Positions 25,625-38,470 of a stretch of 64,000 nt of DNA are shown in pieces. Numbering within the stretch: position 1 is the stretch's first letter; each line of letters opens with the position of its first letter. The notes under the pieces are model-generated. The model saw nothing but the letters and a program-made list of their open reading frames with translations. It ran no database searches and had not been told where the DNA came from. The stretch comes from Tubiluchus corallicola. Lineage: Eukaryota; Animalia; Priapulida. The stretch lies in NCBI GenBank assembly GCA_030141605.1, contig JAQGDQ010000412.1, positions 1 to 64,000 of the forward strand, in the 5' to 3' direction. The position numbers and the translations under genes were made by a program.

Positions 25625-28600
25625 AGTAAAACTTTTTCATTGAGAATGTCAAAATGAGATTTTCCAACCTTGTGATTGTTTATTTACTGTTTTGATTACT
25701 TATGTAACTGTCACTTCAACTGTGTCTTAGAACTCTAGAATTGTTAAGGAGCTAAGTCATCAAACTTAAGCAGGTCATAGCAAGAAATGGGAGAAAAATT
25801 GTTGTTGGGTAGGTGTTGACATGGGCGGGGGGCAGTTTAAGGCCAAGGTTTACAACAAGTAAGTACTGTGAGCGGCTGGACAAGCAAAGGTACTCCTCTT
25901 ACTGTCCCAAGTGAGGAAGTGACATTGGAGAAGTGGTCGGTGACCTTGCGTGGGTGGATTGAGGTCAACGGAAGTGGAAGTTCATTAACTACTACAGAAG
26001 GGAAGTCATAAAACTGCAAGAGCTTGCTGACTAACCTTATGCGACTCATAATACGAAGTGGGCGAGTAACTAAGATGAGGTATTTGGTGAGTTTAAGTTT
26101 ATAGTTCACAGTTAAAGGTTGCAATAATTGCACAATTGCAATGAATTTGGCAAGCAAAGCTGGAGAACTTGCTATACCGGGTAGAGAATGAGTTTGGTTA
26201 TGTAATCAGTGAGTTTTTATTGGTTGTTCTAGATAAAGAACGTTAAGATTTAAAAACTATTATAAGAGACAGTTTTAAAAGCTCAAGGAGCTGAGTGTTC
26301 AAACTGATGCAACTTATGTTACGTAATGAGGTTAGTGAATGACTTTGCTGGTGGAGGTTCAAGGTTAGAAGCTGAACAATTGTAAAACTGTGGGCAGTAC
26401 GAGGTCATGGGCTGCAACAACTTCTAAAACCACCAGTAGTTAGGCGAACAAAGGCTTGCAACGTATTTTTCTAAAGGGAGGGTGACTAATTATCATAAAC
26501 TGTGGCAACTCGAAACATCTGTAAAAAGCAGTTGTACTGAATTACTGCTAAAGTGCAAGGCTAATATTATTCATTTTGGCTCTCAATCTAGAACTCTTGA
26601 TGCTGGCAAGCTGATTGTGTACTTACAGTACAACTGTGTGCCATTTTCAAACTGTAAAACAGGAGACTTTTCAAACTGTAAAACAGGAGACCTTGCAAAT
26701 GTGTGTCATTTTCAAACTGTAAAACAGGAGACCTTTCAAATGTGTGCCATTTTCAACTTTTTACATCGACAGTGAAAGAACTAAATTTTTTTTAATTTCT
26801 TAGATTTTTCATTTACAATATCATTCCTATCATTTACACGTTTGCGTTGTTTATAATAGTTCCAAATCTTATTTACTTCTCTGTTTAATTTTTACTTTTC
26901 GTTTCCTGTGATCAAACTGTTTAGTGACCTGCCACCTACACCCCCCCCCCCCACCACACACACTTGTTTCACTTGCAATTAATCAGTAGACCTATGCTAG
27001 CTAAGGTTTACTTATTATATCTGCTGCACTAATTTATGCAAGACAGTTTGAGTTGAAAACGTAATCATTAAGTTACTGTAGTGCAAACATTTTCTATGAT
27101 CCAGTTCTGAAAGCAAAATTTGTTGAAAATCCGCTTACTTGAGCAATTTTAAGACTTCCATGTTGTTTTAATTTCAAAAATGTTAGAAAAATATTCATAA
27201 ACAATCATCGGAAAATTTGATGTGTCACATGTTCAAGCTGCAGCAGTTTTAGCAATAGTTAGAGATAGTTAGTGATAATTAGTGATAGTTAGTTTTAGTT
27301 TTAGTTAGTAACAGGGCGGTAGGTAAGGAGCGTAGGGTCTCATCAATTAAAACTATAAAACTTGTTTTTATCAAGTGGTTTTTTATATTTATATGATATG
27401 CAAATCATTTAAAAGGTCCTACTCTCCTTGCCACGTTAGAGCCGTTAATTAATTTATTAATTAAAGAATAGATTAATTTATTCAAAGCCTTACAAAGTCT
27501 TCCAAAATTCACGAGATAAATAAGAAACAGTGAGACACGGCTTTTACTTTGTAAAACTTTGAATATCTTGCAGTTAGATCTGCACTAATTAGGATTACGT
27601 TAATTAATAGGCTCTGAATTATCAAGAGCGACTGCAGCGCTGCCGGCAGCTGTTGCAGTAACTGTAGCAACTTGAACACTGCGGCGTTGTGTGTTGAAGA
27701 TGTTATGATTAAAATTTGGGCTAAAAATCATCTTGTAATCTTGCCCTTAGTCCTGAGGTAGAATTTGTTTTTACTGCAGTAATTTAACTGAAATTACAGC
27801 AATTAAACTTACTTCTCAAAGTGATATTAGATTGGGAAAAATTCTTTTAGCAGCAGATATAATTTTAGTGATAAGTTGCAAGTGATGTGTTTTTTTTGTA
27901 AGAAAGCAGGCACATTTTATCATATTGTATCACTGGCTACGTCATTATTGGTCACTCAACGTAGTTCTGTTAACTATCCTTTTACAGACAGTCTGAGTTG
28001 TCACTGAATTTAAACCATAAACTAAAGTCACCTATAGAGAGTTGAGTTGTCACTGAATTTAAACCACAAGCTAAAGTCACCTATAGAGAGTTGAGTTGTC
28101 ACTGAATTTAAACCACAAACTAAAGTCACCTATAGAGAGTTGAGTTGTCACTGAATTTAAACCACAAACTAAAGTCACCTATAGAGAGCTGAGTTGTCAC
28201 TGAATTTAAACCACAAACTAAAGTCACCTATAGACAGTTGAGTTGTCACTGAATTTAAACCACAAACTAAAGTCACCTATAGAGAGTTGAGTTGTCACTG
28301 AATTTAAACCACAAACTAAAGTCACCTATAGAGAGCTGAGTTGTCACTGAATTTAAACCACAAACTAAAGTCACCTATAGAGAGCTGAGTTGTCACTGAA
28401 TTTAAACCACAAGCTAAAGTCACCTATAGAGAGCTGAGTTGTCACTGAATTTAAACCACAAACTAAAGTCACCTATAGAGAGTTGAGTTGTCACTGAATT
28501 TAAACCACAAACTAAAGTAACCTATAGAAAGTTAAGTTGTCACAGTTCAGTTGAGGTTAAGTTGCATCAGTTCAGGCACACAACTCCCGCTTACCATTTT

Positions 28601-29255
28601 AATGCAATTGTCTCTTATAATTGTTTCTAAATCGTAGCATCATTTCCTCTTCAACCACTAATCTAAAGTCATTGATTACTTCATCTATCTCCTTCTCCAC
28701 CTGGTACAGTAAGTTATCTACCTTTCCTTTTCGAATTCTTTGCCGTTGTGCTTTTGATGTCACCTTTACCTGTGAACCACCTACCTAAAGTCGCTGAATA
28801 CCCCATCTTAGTTACTCATCTACCTCTTGTTATGAGTTGCACAATGTTTGTCAATGAGCTCCTCTCAGTTTTGTAACCTCCTTTCTCTAGTAGTTTTTAA
28901 ACTTTCATCTCCTTTGACTTTAATCCACCCACGCAAGGTCACTGACCGCTTCTCCAATGTCACTTCCTCACTTGGTACAGTAAGAGGAGTACCTTTGCTT
29001 GTCCAGCCGCTCATAGTCCTTACTTGTTGTAAACTTTGACCTTAAACTGCCCTCCCCCATGTCACCACCTACCCAACAACAATTTTTCTCCCCTCTCTTG
29101 CCATGACCTGCTTAAGTTTGATGACTTAGCTCCTTAACAATTCTAGAGTTCTAAGACACAGTTGAAGTGACAGTTACATAAGTAATCCAAATAATAAATA
29201 AATAATTACTGGGTTGGAAAGTTGTGTTTTGACTATTCAATGAGTTTACTATTTT
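25625..29255. mobile_element. ~3.6-kb inverted-repeat (foldback-like) unit with ~700-bp arms (25625-26320 / 28555-29255)
   Basis: 25695-25960 is nearly identical to the reverse complement of 28925-29190; the inner parts of the arms are more diverged. Confidence 0.75.
27994..28543. repeat. 49-bp tandem array x~11
   Basis: Unit gagttgtcactgaatttaaaccacaaactaaagtcacctatagagagtt. Confidence 0.95.
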
Positions 29256-29856
29256 TAAACAGTGCTGCACTTTCGTATTCGTCCCCTGCCTGCTTACTCT
29301 CTAAACCACTAGGTGAGATGTTTGCACATTATTTGTCCCTGGTGGTCAGTGTAATTTACAACATGCAGCATTTGAATGTTTTCGTCTGAAGAAGAAACAA
29401 TGGCAAAGTTTTGTATAACGTGATCTTGAGTCTACCTACACCTCCGTTGGTTTGCTCTTGAGGTCTTTTAGGGGTGGTAAAGCTCGCTGGTTGGTCCGAG
29501 ATTACAGCCTCGCTGTCAACTTACGCTGACTTAATTTGGCATTTACAGCAGTACAATAATGCAAGGCACTATATAGTAAATTTATTATAATTTATAGTGT
29601 TAGTACTTTTTATAGTAACTCAAGTCGCAAAAAAACTTCCCTCTCAAGTTATACATTACCATTACGCCTAAATGCTTCAAAGACTTGATCAGTGGGTTTA
29701 TTATGGACAACTTCCAGAAGTGGTCGAGCTTTGTTTACTCCACGTATCTCTCGTGTCTGCTTCCATTATACTTAACAGGATAGTCTATAGTGTTCCAGTG
29801 TGTCCTACTTATATCTAGTGTTGTTGTTTTGTGACTGCATAAAAATGTAACATGGT

Positions 29857-30195
29857 CAGTGGCGGCTTTAGGTAGTTTGGGGTGCCCTAGGCAAATTTTT
29901 TTAACGCCCTCTCTTCCACCTAAAATTTATGGCGTCATCTTTTTCTCATAGAGTTTTTGGCACCCTCTCTTTAACATGGAATTTTTAGCACCCTTTTTTC
30001 CACGTAGAGTTTTTAGCGCCCTCTTTTCCACGTAGAATTTTTAGCACCCTTTTTTCCACGTAGAGTTTTTGGCGCCCTCTCTTCAACATAGAATTTTTAG
30101 GGCCCTCTTTTCCACGTAGAGTTTTTGGCGCCCTCTTTTCCAAATAGTTTTTGGCGCCCTCTTTTCCACGTAGAATTTTTAGCACCCTCCCTTCA
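29857..30195 (+). mobile_element. MITE-like end (CAGTGGCGG...) carrying a ~30-bp minisatellite
   Basis: cagtggcggctttaggtagtttggggtgccctaggc start, then ccctcttttccacgtagagtttttggcg repeats; partner TIR not clearly found. Confidence 0.45.
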
Positions 30196-30400
30196 ACGCC
30201 CGATCCCTTCTCCCGCTGCCGCCTCCACCATACCCCCAAAATTGAATTTGTAGTGACAATATTATAAAGTATAATGGTAGCTTATAATTGGTGCATATTC
30301 TAGCCCTCTTGATTGTTCATAATTTTTATCACTTATGCTAAACTTAAAAAATTAAAGACTTCTAAAATTTGTTGCCCCAGCTAACTGCTTAGCTTGTTTA

Positions 30401-30894
30401 GTGGTACAGTCTGCTCTGAACATGGTATAAACAGTAAACAAGCACCTTGTATAGAGTGGTACAGTCTGCTCTGAACATGGTATAAACAGTAAACAAGCAC
30501 CTTGTATAGAGTGGTACAGTCTGCTCTGAACATGGTATAAACAGTAAACAAGCACCTTGTATAGAGTGGTACAGTCTGCTCTGAACATGGTATAAACAGT
30601 AAACAAGCACCTTGTATAGAGTGGTACAGTCTGCTCTGAACATGGTATAAACAGTAAACAAGCACCTTGTATAGAGTGGTACAGTCTGCTCTGAACATGG
30701 TATAAACAGTAAACAAGCACCTTGTATAGAGTGGTACAGTCTGCTCTGAACATGGTATCAACAGTAAACAAGCACCTTGTATAGAGTGGTACAGTCTGCT
30801 CTGAACATGGTATAAACAGTAAACAAGCACCTTGTATAGAGTGGTACAGTCTGCTCTGAACATGGTATAAACAGTAAACAAGCACCTTGTATAG
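30401..30894. repeat. 55-bp tandem array x9
   Basis: Near-identical unit gtggtacagtctgctctgaacatggtataaacagtaaacaagcaccttgtataga. Confidence 0.95.
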
Positions 30895-32539
30895 TTCTAA
30901 TCGAGTGAATTTGGTGATTAACTGACACTGGTTTGGGCTTGTTCTGGACAACTACTAATGTTGGTCGAGCGCTTAAACGACAAGAAAAGGGGCACCTAAA
31001 ATAGGTTTCAGAAAATCACCTTGAAAAATTATACTACTTTACAGTAATTTTATGTACATATCGTATTCACGTTGAAACGAATTTTCGTTTGCCTTTTCTT
31101 CCCCTGATTTACGTGGCATCGGAACAGTATTGCGGGAGATTTAAAATGAAAACAATGTTGAATTATGATCTAAAAAACGCAAATCTATATTATTTAGAAT
31201 TTCACTTACCTGCTGGAAAGACTTAAATAATTAGATGAATAATTTAAAATGTTTGTGCCAATTGGTAAAATGTCACTGACTCACCCTCCAGGATGCGCCA
31301 CTCACTAGCCAAGAACGTATTTTTAATCTTATTGACAAGATACAGTAATTTAAAAGTTTACGCAATTAGCAACGTTCACGCCACGAATTCTCTGATTATT
31401 TTTTCAAACTTTATTTAATGTTATCAAAACTTTTTTCGCAAGACTACGATTAAAATGGCCTCACCTAACGGTCATCGCGGCAGTTTAAATTTACACGTTT
31501 TACACAGCGTTACGTCTGATGCAAGCGATGCATACGAAAAGGTAGCATGTAAGCGATATAAAATCTCCACCCACATTACCCTTCCCCACCGATAATTTGG
31601 CAGCAAAAATTTTATAGTTATTTTGCACGAAATTTTGAGCAAATATTTATGAATATCTGTGATGATCTTGCAGCTGTAATCTTGGCTCGGTGCCAGCAAT
31701 AATTTATCTTTCTCTTCCATCCTCGTACTTTGTAGGGACAAGCTTTTGTCGTGTGTTTCGTATACCCAGCATTCACGATCCCCAATCCGTTATTATTGTG
31801 ATTAAAGAAATTTTACAACTAATTTAATAGTCTTATTTATAGTACTAGTTTAACCTATTCGTGGTAAAATAATGATCAAAATCAAAAGATGTCACATCAC
31901 TATGGGCTTTTGTAATGCACATTGCAAAATTTAAATGTTTTTCGGTTGACAAACGAATTTGCATGTTCTACATTTCTGTAGATTTCTTGTAGATTTCTCA
32001 CAGTTGAATCAGATAATCACTGAATGCAGAAACGTTTTTTCTTCCTCGACTGGGAACCATTCACGTTTCTATGTAGAACTGCGCTATTTTACAAACAAGC
32101 ATTGCATGATTTTGTTTCAGTATTGTCATGATCACCTTCGCCATCATCATCATCATCGTCATCTCCACTACAACTAGCTTCTTCGTAAAGAAACCACAAG
32201 GCTGCCAGTAATTATTTTGGTGATTATTTTGGTCGTCATTATTGTTGCCGCCGCCATTATTTGTCTTCTTTTAACAGTTTTTGTTTTTATGTTGCTTTTT
32301 GCAGATTTCTTTTCATTCGAGAAACAACATTTCCTTTTGTAAACACATTTAAGAATGCTGAAGTACGTTTTATTTTCGATTATTATTTCCCTTTGGTTTT
32401 TAAACAATCACGGCAACAGGTTCCATGGCGAAGCAGTCCAGCAGACATCATTCTAATTTTTGTCTCAAGTGCTGTTGTTCTATCAAGTTGTTTGTAAATT
32501 TTGGCTATTGATTATTATGGAAAATTGCTCCCATTCTCT

Positions 32540-33590
32540 AAATCTCATTTGGTTCATAGTTTCTGCTATAGGGTATTTGACAAAGTTGTGCAAGCAGATG
32601 ATTCCAGTTTTTGAATCTCATTTGGTTCATAGTTACTGCTATAGGGTATTTGACAAAGTTGTGCAAGCAGATGATTCCAGTTTCTGAATCTCATTTGGTT
32701 CATAGTTACTACTATAGGGTATTTGACAAAGTTGTGCAAGCAGATGATTCCTTTTCTGAATAACATTTGGTTCATAGTTACTACTATAGGGTATTTGACA
32801 AAGTTGTGCAAGCAGATGATTCCAGTTTTTGAATCTCATTTGGTTCATAGTTACTACTATAGGGTATTTGACAAAGTTGTGCAAGCAGATGATTCCAGTT
32901 TTTGAATCTCATTTGGTTCATAGTTACTGCTAAAGGGTATATTTGGTTCATAGTTACTACTATATGGTATTTGACAAAGTTGTGCAAGCAGATGATTCCA
33001 GTTTTTGAATCTCATTTGGTTCATAGTTACTGCTATTGGGTGTTTGACAAAGTTGTGCAAGCAGATGATTCCAGTTTCTGAATCTCATTTGGTTCATAGT
33101 TACTGCTATAGGGTATTTGACAAAGTTGTGCAAGCAGATGATTCCAGTTTCTGAATCTCATTTGGTTCATAGTTACTGCTATAGGGTATTTGACAAAGTT
33201 GTGCAAGCAGATGATTCCAGTTTCTGAATCTCATTTGGTTCATAGTTACTGCTATAGGGTATTTGACAAAGTTGTGCAAGCAGATGATTCCAGTTTCTGA
33301 ATCTCATTTGGTTCATAGTTACTGCTATAGGGTATTTGACAAAGTTGTGCAAGCAGATGATTCCAGTTTCTGAATATCATTTGGTTCATAGTTACTGCTA
33401 TAGGGTATTTGACAAAGTTGTGCAAGCAGATGATTCCAGTTTCTGAATCTCATTTGGTTCATAGTTACTGCTATAGGGTATTTGACAAAGTTGTGCAAGC
33501 AGATGATTCCAGTTTCTAAATATCATTTGGTTCATAGTTACTGCTATAGGGTATTTGACAAAGTTGTGCAAGCAGATGATTCCAGTTTTT
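32540..33590. repeat. 73-bp tandem array x~14
   Basis: Unit aatctcatttggttcatagttactgctatagggtatttgacaaagttgtgcaagcagatgattccagtttctg. Confidence 0.95.
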
Positions 33591-33982
33591 TCCCAAGAAC
33601 TTGTTGTTCTGTTGAGTGGCTATTGACTATTGCTAATTATGGGTCAATGGCATTTTTATGATCAACACCTGGAATCTTTCTTGTAACATTAACTTGAGTA
33701 GATAATTGTTGCATCAGTTTTGTTATTTAGGAAAGGGAATGTTACATTAATGAGCTGCATAATTATCATTTAACTTTTCATGGCTTCTTTGCATCGACTG
33801 AGGTTTTTCTTACCTAGACTGTAATCTCTAAAAATAAGCTCTAAAAATTGTTGTATAACAAACATGTAAAAGCAGTCAGGAGGCTTCAATGCCTCTAAAG
33901 TCGTTAAAATAGTCAATCCATTTCCCCTGTAAAATCGTGCGTGTGTCGTAATAAAGTAACAAAACAGAGTAACAATTTGGGA

Positions 33983-34320
33983 CTATTCTGTCCCATTAAC
34001 AGCAATTCTTTTAATATGACGTCTTGCATATGAATGCGGTCCGAAGTTTGCAGGCCTTTGCCGACAGACGGGTAGAGGTTGACCATCACTGGTTGGATAA
34101 GTTCGGAAAAATAAATCTTTGTAAGCCTCTAAAAAGTCGTTAATATGGCCTATTACATTTTCTCGATAAAATCGGGGGTGGGGTGTCATCGGGGAGATGC
34201 TGTATAACTCATAGCGAAATGAAAACTACTTTGGTGGCTATTTGCGTCGTCACGTGGGCTGATTATTATGCTGACATTTGGCGTGTTATTAAGTCATAAA
34301 ACCAACGTAAAGTATCAGTT
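33983..34320 (-). pseudogene. Extra diverged copy of intron 3/exon 4 of the zinc-finger gene
   Basis: Translates as RTYPTSDGQPLPVCRQRPANFGPHSYARR (vs RAYPTGVGRVLPVRRVRPANFRPHPYARR); acceptor mutated to ttttccg; upstream intron matches 21000-21240. Confidence 0.65.
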
Positions 34321-34454
34321 AACACGTTTCTGGTAATGTCTTACATTTTCATAATTATTTTAGGATTTCGAAAAGGGGAATCCATCTTTATCCATTCACT
34401 GTTTCTACTTTTAGGCAGGCCTAATTCTGTCAAACCCTTGTACAAATATACAGT

Positions 34455-35345
34455 TATTTTTGGCTTTGAGAGTCATGTACAGTAAATTTTCATTCAAACA
34501 GTAATATGTGTGCAAAAGTGTACATATTATATAAATTATTGTAACGATAAATATTATAAATAATCATTGCTATTCTATTTGCTTTTATGGTTTAGGATTA
34601 AGATTAGGGTTAGAATTTGCCTGAAATTAGCAGACCGCACCCGACGAACCGGCATAGGACGTCCAACTCCAGTTGGATAAGCTCTGAAAAATAAATCCTT
34701 GTTTAGCAAACACGTAAGCCTCTAAAGTCCTTAATATGGCCTCTTACATTTTCTCACTAAAATCAGGGGTGGGTGTGTCATTGGGGAGGTGCTGTAAAAC
34801 TCATAGCAAAATGAAAACTACTTTGGTGGCCATTTGCGTCGTCACATGGGCCGATTATTATGCTGACATTTGGCATGTTATTAAGTCATATAAAACCTAC
34901 ATAAAGTATCGGTTAATAGGTTAATATTCATTCACTGTTTCTGCATAAAAAGCAAAAGACGTTTGTGCATTACTGAACATTGGGAGCTAGCATTTGTACT
35001 GTTAAACTGACAAGTTGCAATGCCTTTGCTAGCCCCTAACACGTTTAGAGACAAAGTTTAACCAGTTTTGTGCTTTTATACATAATAATAAAAAGTTGAA
35101 ATTTAAGGGTTGAAAGTCAGTTCTAACTGTGTCAGTAAAATTAAGATTTCCTTTTTGTCAGGTTTAAATTATAAAAAAATCAGCTTACCTGGTCACACAC
35201 ACGCAAGGCGGGACAGGCACCGCATCCTGCTCAAAAGGACAATTTCCCATTACGTAGTGCCTGCCAAGACCCTCCACTGCGTTGCACTGCCCTCCGCAAC
35301 TAAGAAAATTTGGGCACCTTCGCCTGAAAGTGACAAAAATAATTT
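34455..35345. repeat. Diverged inverted duplication of ~20470-21515, with internal deletions
   Basis: Mirrored ORFs 20341..20703- / 35110..35352+ and 20943..21146- / 34736..34924+; nucleotide match throughout. Confidence 0.9.
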
Positions 35346-36260
35346 TTACTGAGTTACCTGAAAATAAAAACCCGAAAAGTGAAAAATTACCAATCACAAA
35401 AACAAGAGGTATAAGGGGTCTGAAGTGGTATATCCCACCCAGTTTTTATGTTAAAAAAGCGCTTTCTACTCGCTTGCAATGTAACCTTATAAACGGATCT
35501 GTTTCGCCTTGAAGCAAATCCTCGGTCTCGTTGCTGACCATGTAATATATTTTTAGCCAGTTTTTCTATTGTAAACATTCCAAATACTAGATGATAAAAT
35601 ATGAAACAGCGGATTACATGGCAATGATGGAGGACGTTTTATAGAATCTAGAGAACACGATTTTCATGAAACGGTTGCATGTCAACTGTAAAATGGCAAC
35701 CTAATGACGTAGGCAGGTAAACAGAAAAACCTAAAGTAATGAATAACCCAATGCTTTGCTCTGCAGACAATCCTATCTCGTATGATTCTATCTACCAAGA
35801 TAAAAATTTTAATTGAGTTCTGCAAGGAAACATTTCCAGTTTATCCTATTTTAAAACTATAAAAGTAAAAACAGCTACCCTTTCCGCGATCAGCAATCGA
35901 TCATCTAGAACCTCGCAAAAACGATTTTAATCGCACAGTCAGTCAAAGGAAAATGTCCAATTGACTGCAACTGAAACCGTTCAATTATTTAAAAGTTTGC
36001 CAAATATTCTGAGAATGTTTTTGCCGATACCTGGTCTTATCCTGGGACTGGCTTGTTAACTCAAAAATGTTTCAAAAATTGCTTGTAAGATGATCCTGTA
36101 AAAAGTAATATAAATAAAGAATAATCTCACACCACACAAGACTAACAGTAGAAAAATATTTCTGTGTGTTTGGACAACGGTACATATGCAGAAAATAAAA
36201 AAGTAAATGGAAAGGTTTTCTGGCTAAAAAGCAAAATTTCTTTACTTACCGCTTAGGCAT
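34575..36260 (-). pseudogene. Convergent paralog of the zinc-finger gene, truncated or rearranged; exons 36250-36260, 35189-35323, 34575-34683 (~84 aa, one finger)
   Basis: ATGCCTAAGCG|GTAAGT at 36260-36250; exon RRCPNFLSCGGQCNAVEGLGRHYVMGNCPF with intact AG/GT; exon RAYPTGVGRPMPVRRVRSANFR has lost its 3' half and donor and reads into a stop. The finger-1 exon, last exon and promoter are not found. Confidence 0.7.
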
Positions 36261-36685
36261 GTTGATAAAAAAAGAGATCGTGATCGTGCAATCTGAAATA
36301 AGCAAAAAAATGAAGTGTTATTTACGTCTCGGTCAGCTAAAACCATTTTAGCAATGTCAAGATTCTAACTGCACAGGATCTAGAGTTCGAATCGCACGAG
36401 TTTCATGACGATCCGATCATTTGTTACAGAAATACAAGAGAAAAACCTATTGTGAACAGTGGACGAACAGACACACGGACAGTAGGGTCATTTAAAATTT
36501 AAAAATTCAGCAACAAAATAGTCAAACTTACCAATTTAATTTCGCTTTGAGAATAACGTTATCTGAAAAAATAACAACTTTTAATTACATGCAATAAATT
36601 TTAACTTTCTTATAATTTTATAGCAGCTCCAATGTTAATATACAGTGTCAAAATCAGTAATAACGAATATGAAGGCTTGATGAAC
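36050..36685. repeat. Diverged inverted duplication of 17680-18320 (same orientation as 1-410)
   Basis: caatctgaaataagcaaaaaaatgaa...tacgtctcggtcagctaa... matches the window start; 36050-36260 is the reverse complement of 18106-18320. Confidence 0.9.
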
Positions 36686-36987
36686 AAAAGGGGAATCCAT
36701 TTTTATCCATTCACTGTTTCTACTTTTAGGCAGGCCTAATTCTGTCAAACCCTATTATTCCCTAATATTTTAATTATGTTTAACCTCCACAACCACTTCC
36801 GGAAGAGGTAGTACTTTAACAAAAACTAAAAGACAATCGTGCTCTAGAATTCTTACTGTGGAATGAGAGACACCTACTTCCTTGAAAATCATTTGAGGGT
36901 TTTTTAGTTTTGCCCTCTCCCAGGAAACGAGAGATAGCCACGTTCTAGATAAGTGAAATGAAAGTTGTTCATACTTTAGAAACAAAT

Positions 36988-37526
36988 CCATGTCCTCCCA
37001 TCCCCTCTGTGAAATGAAATTCAGTCATGCTTTAGAAAGCCATGTCCTCCCATCCCCTCTGTGAAATGAAAGTCTCCCCTCTATGAAATGAAATCAGTCA
37101 TGCTTTAGAAAGCCATGTCCTCCCATCCCCTCTGTGAAATGAAAGTCTCCCCTCTGTGTAATGAAAGTCAGTCATGCTTTAGAAAGCCATGTCCTCCCAT
37201 CCCCTCTGTGAAATGAAATTCAGTCATGCTTTAGAAAGCCATGTCCTCCCATCCCTTCTGTGAAATGAAATTCAGTCATGCTTTAGAAAGCCATGTCCTC
37301 CCATCCCCTCTGTGAAATGAAATTCAGTCATGCTTTAGAAAGCCATGTCCTCCCATCCCCTCTGTGAAATGAAATTCAGTCATGCTTTAGAAGAGAGCCA
37401 TGTCCTCCCATCCCCTCTGTGAAGTGAAATTCAGTCATGTTTTAGAAAGCCATGTCCTCCCATCATCTCTGTGAAATGAAATTCAGTCATGCTTTAGAAA
37501 GCCATATCCTCCCATCCCCTGTGTGA
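36988..37526. repeat. 52-bp tandem array x~10
   Basis: Unit ccatgtcctcccatcccctctgtgaaatgaaattcagtcatgctttagaaag. Confidence 0.95.
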
Positions 37527-38099
37527 AAGGGAAAACAGTTATCCCAACAAAGTATATGTTAAAGAGAAAGTCTACATTTTTCGTGAAACTTCCATTGTAT
37601 ATAAATATATTGTTTTTACTGGTTGAATCAATATTAATAGTTCGTAAAATAAGGAGGGAACAAGGTTGGAGTGGGATAGACAGCCTGCAGTCTCCTCCCG
37701 GCCCATCTTTCCTTTCCTTCCTGTTATCTTTAAAAGAAATATTTCGTAGAATTTGCTAAACTCCACGCTGTACTGAAAAAGTTCTAACCAGAAATTTGTT
37801 ACCACAATTCACGATTTTGTTAACTTCAAATGCTTCCCAAAAGTACACTGAGTTATTAACCTCTGATTCTATTTATGAACTAATATGGTACAGTACCGTA
37901 GCGGTATGCATTCTGTACATGCAAATTTATACTTCTATGCATAGCGCGCGTGTATAGAAGTATGTACATGTACAGCGTGTATTTCGCTTCTGTACAACAG
38001 AACAAACTTTCAGTAAAGACAGACAAGGCCTAGGCATTAACTGACTGACAGTTTCTTTCCACTAACATACTGTAAGTACTTGAGGGAAGCATATATTAT

Positions 38100-38470
38100 T
38101 ATGCAGTTTAAAGAACTGTACAAAAAGTTATGCGGTTTAAAGAACTGTACAAAAAGTTATGCAGTTTAAAGAACTGTACAAAAAGTTATGCGGTTTAAAG
38201 AACTGTACAAAAAGTTATGCAGTTTAAAGAACTGTACAAAAAGTTCTGCGGTTTAAAGAACTGTACAAAAAGTTATGCGGTTTAAAGAACTGTACAGAAA
38301 GTTATGCAGTTTAAAGTACTGTACAAAAAGTTATGCAGTTTAAAGTACTGTACAAAAAGTTCTGCGGTTTAAAGTACTGTACAAAAAGTTCTGCGGTTTA
38401 AAGAACTGTACTGAAAGTTCTGCGGTTTAAAGAACTGTACAAAAAGTTATGCAGTCTAAAGAACTGTACA
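38100..38470. repeat. 29-bp tandem array x~13
   Basis: Unit tatgcagtttaaagaactgtacaaaaagt with internal dyad cagtt-taaag-aactg. Confidence 0.95.
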
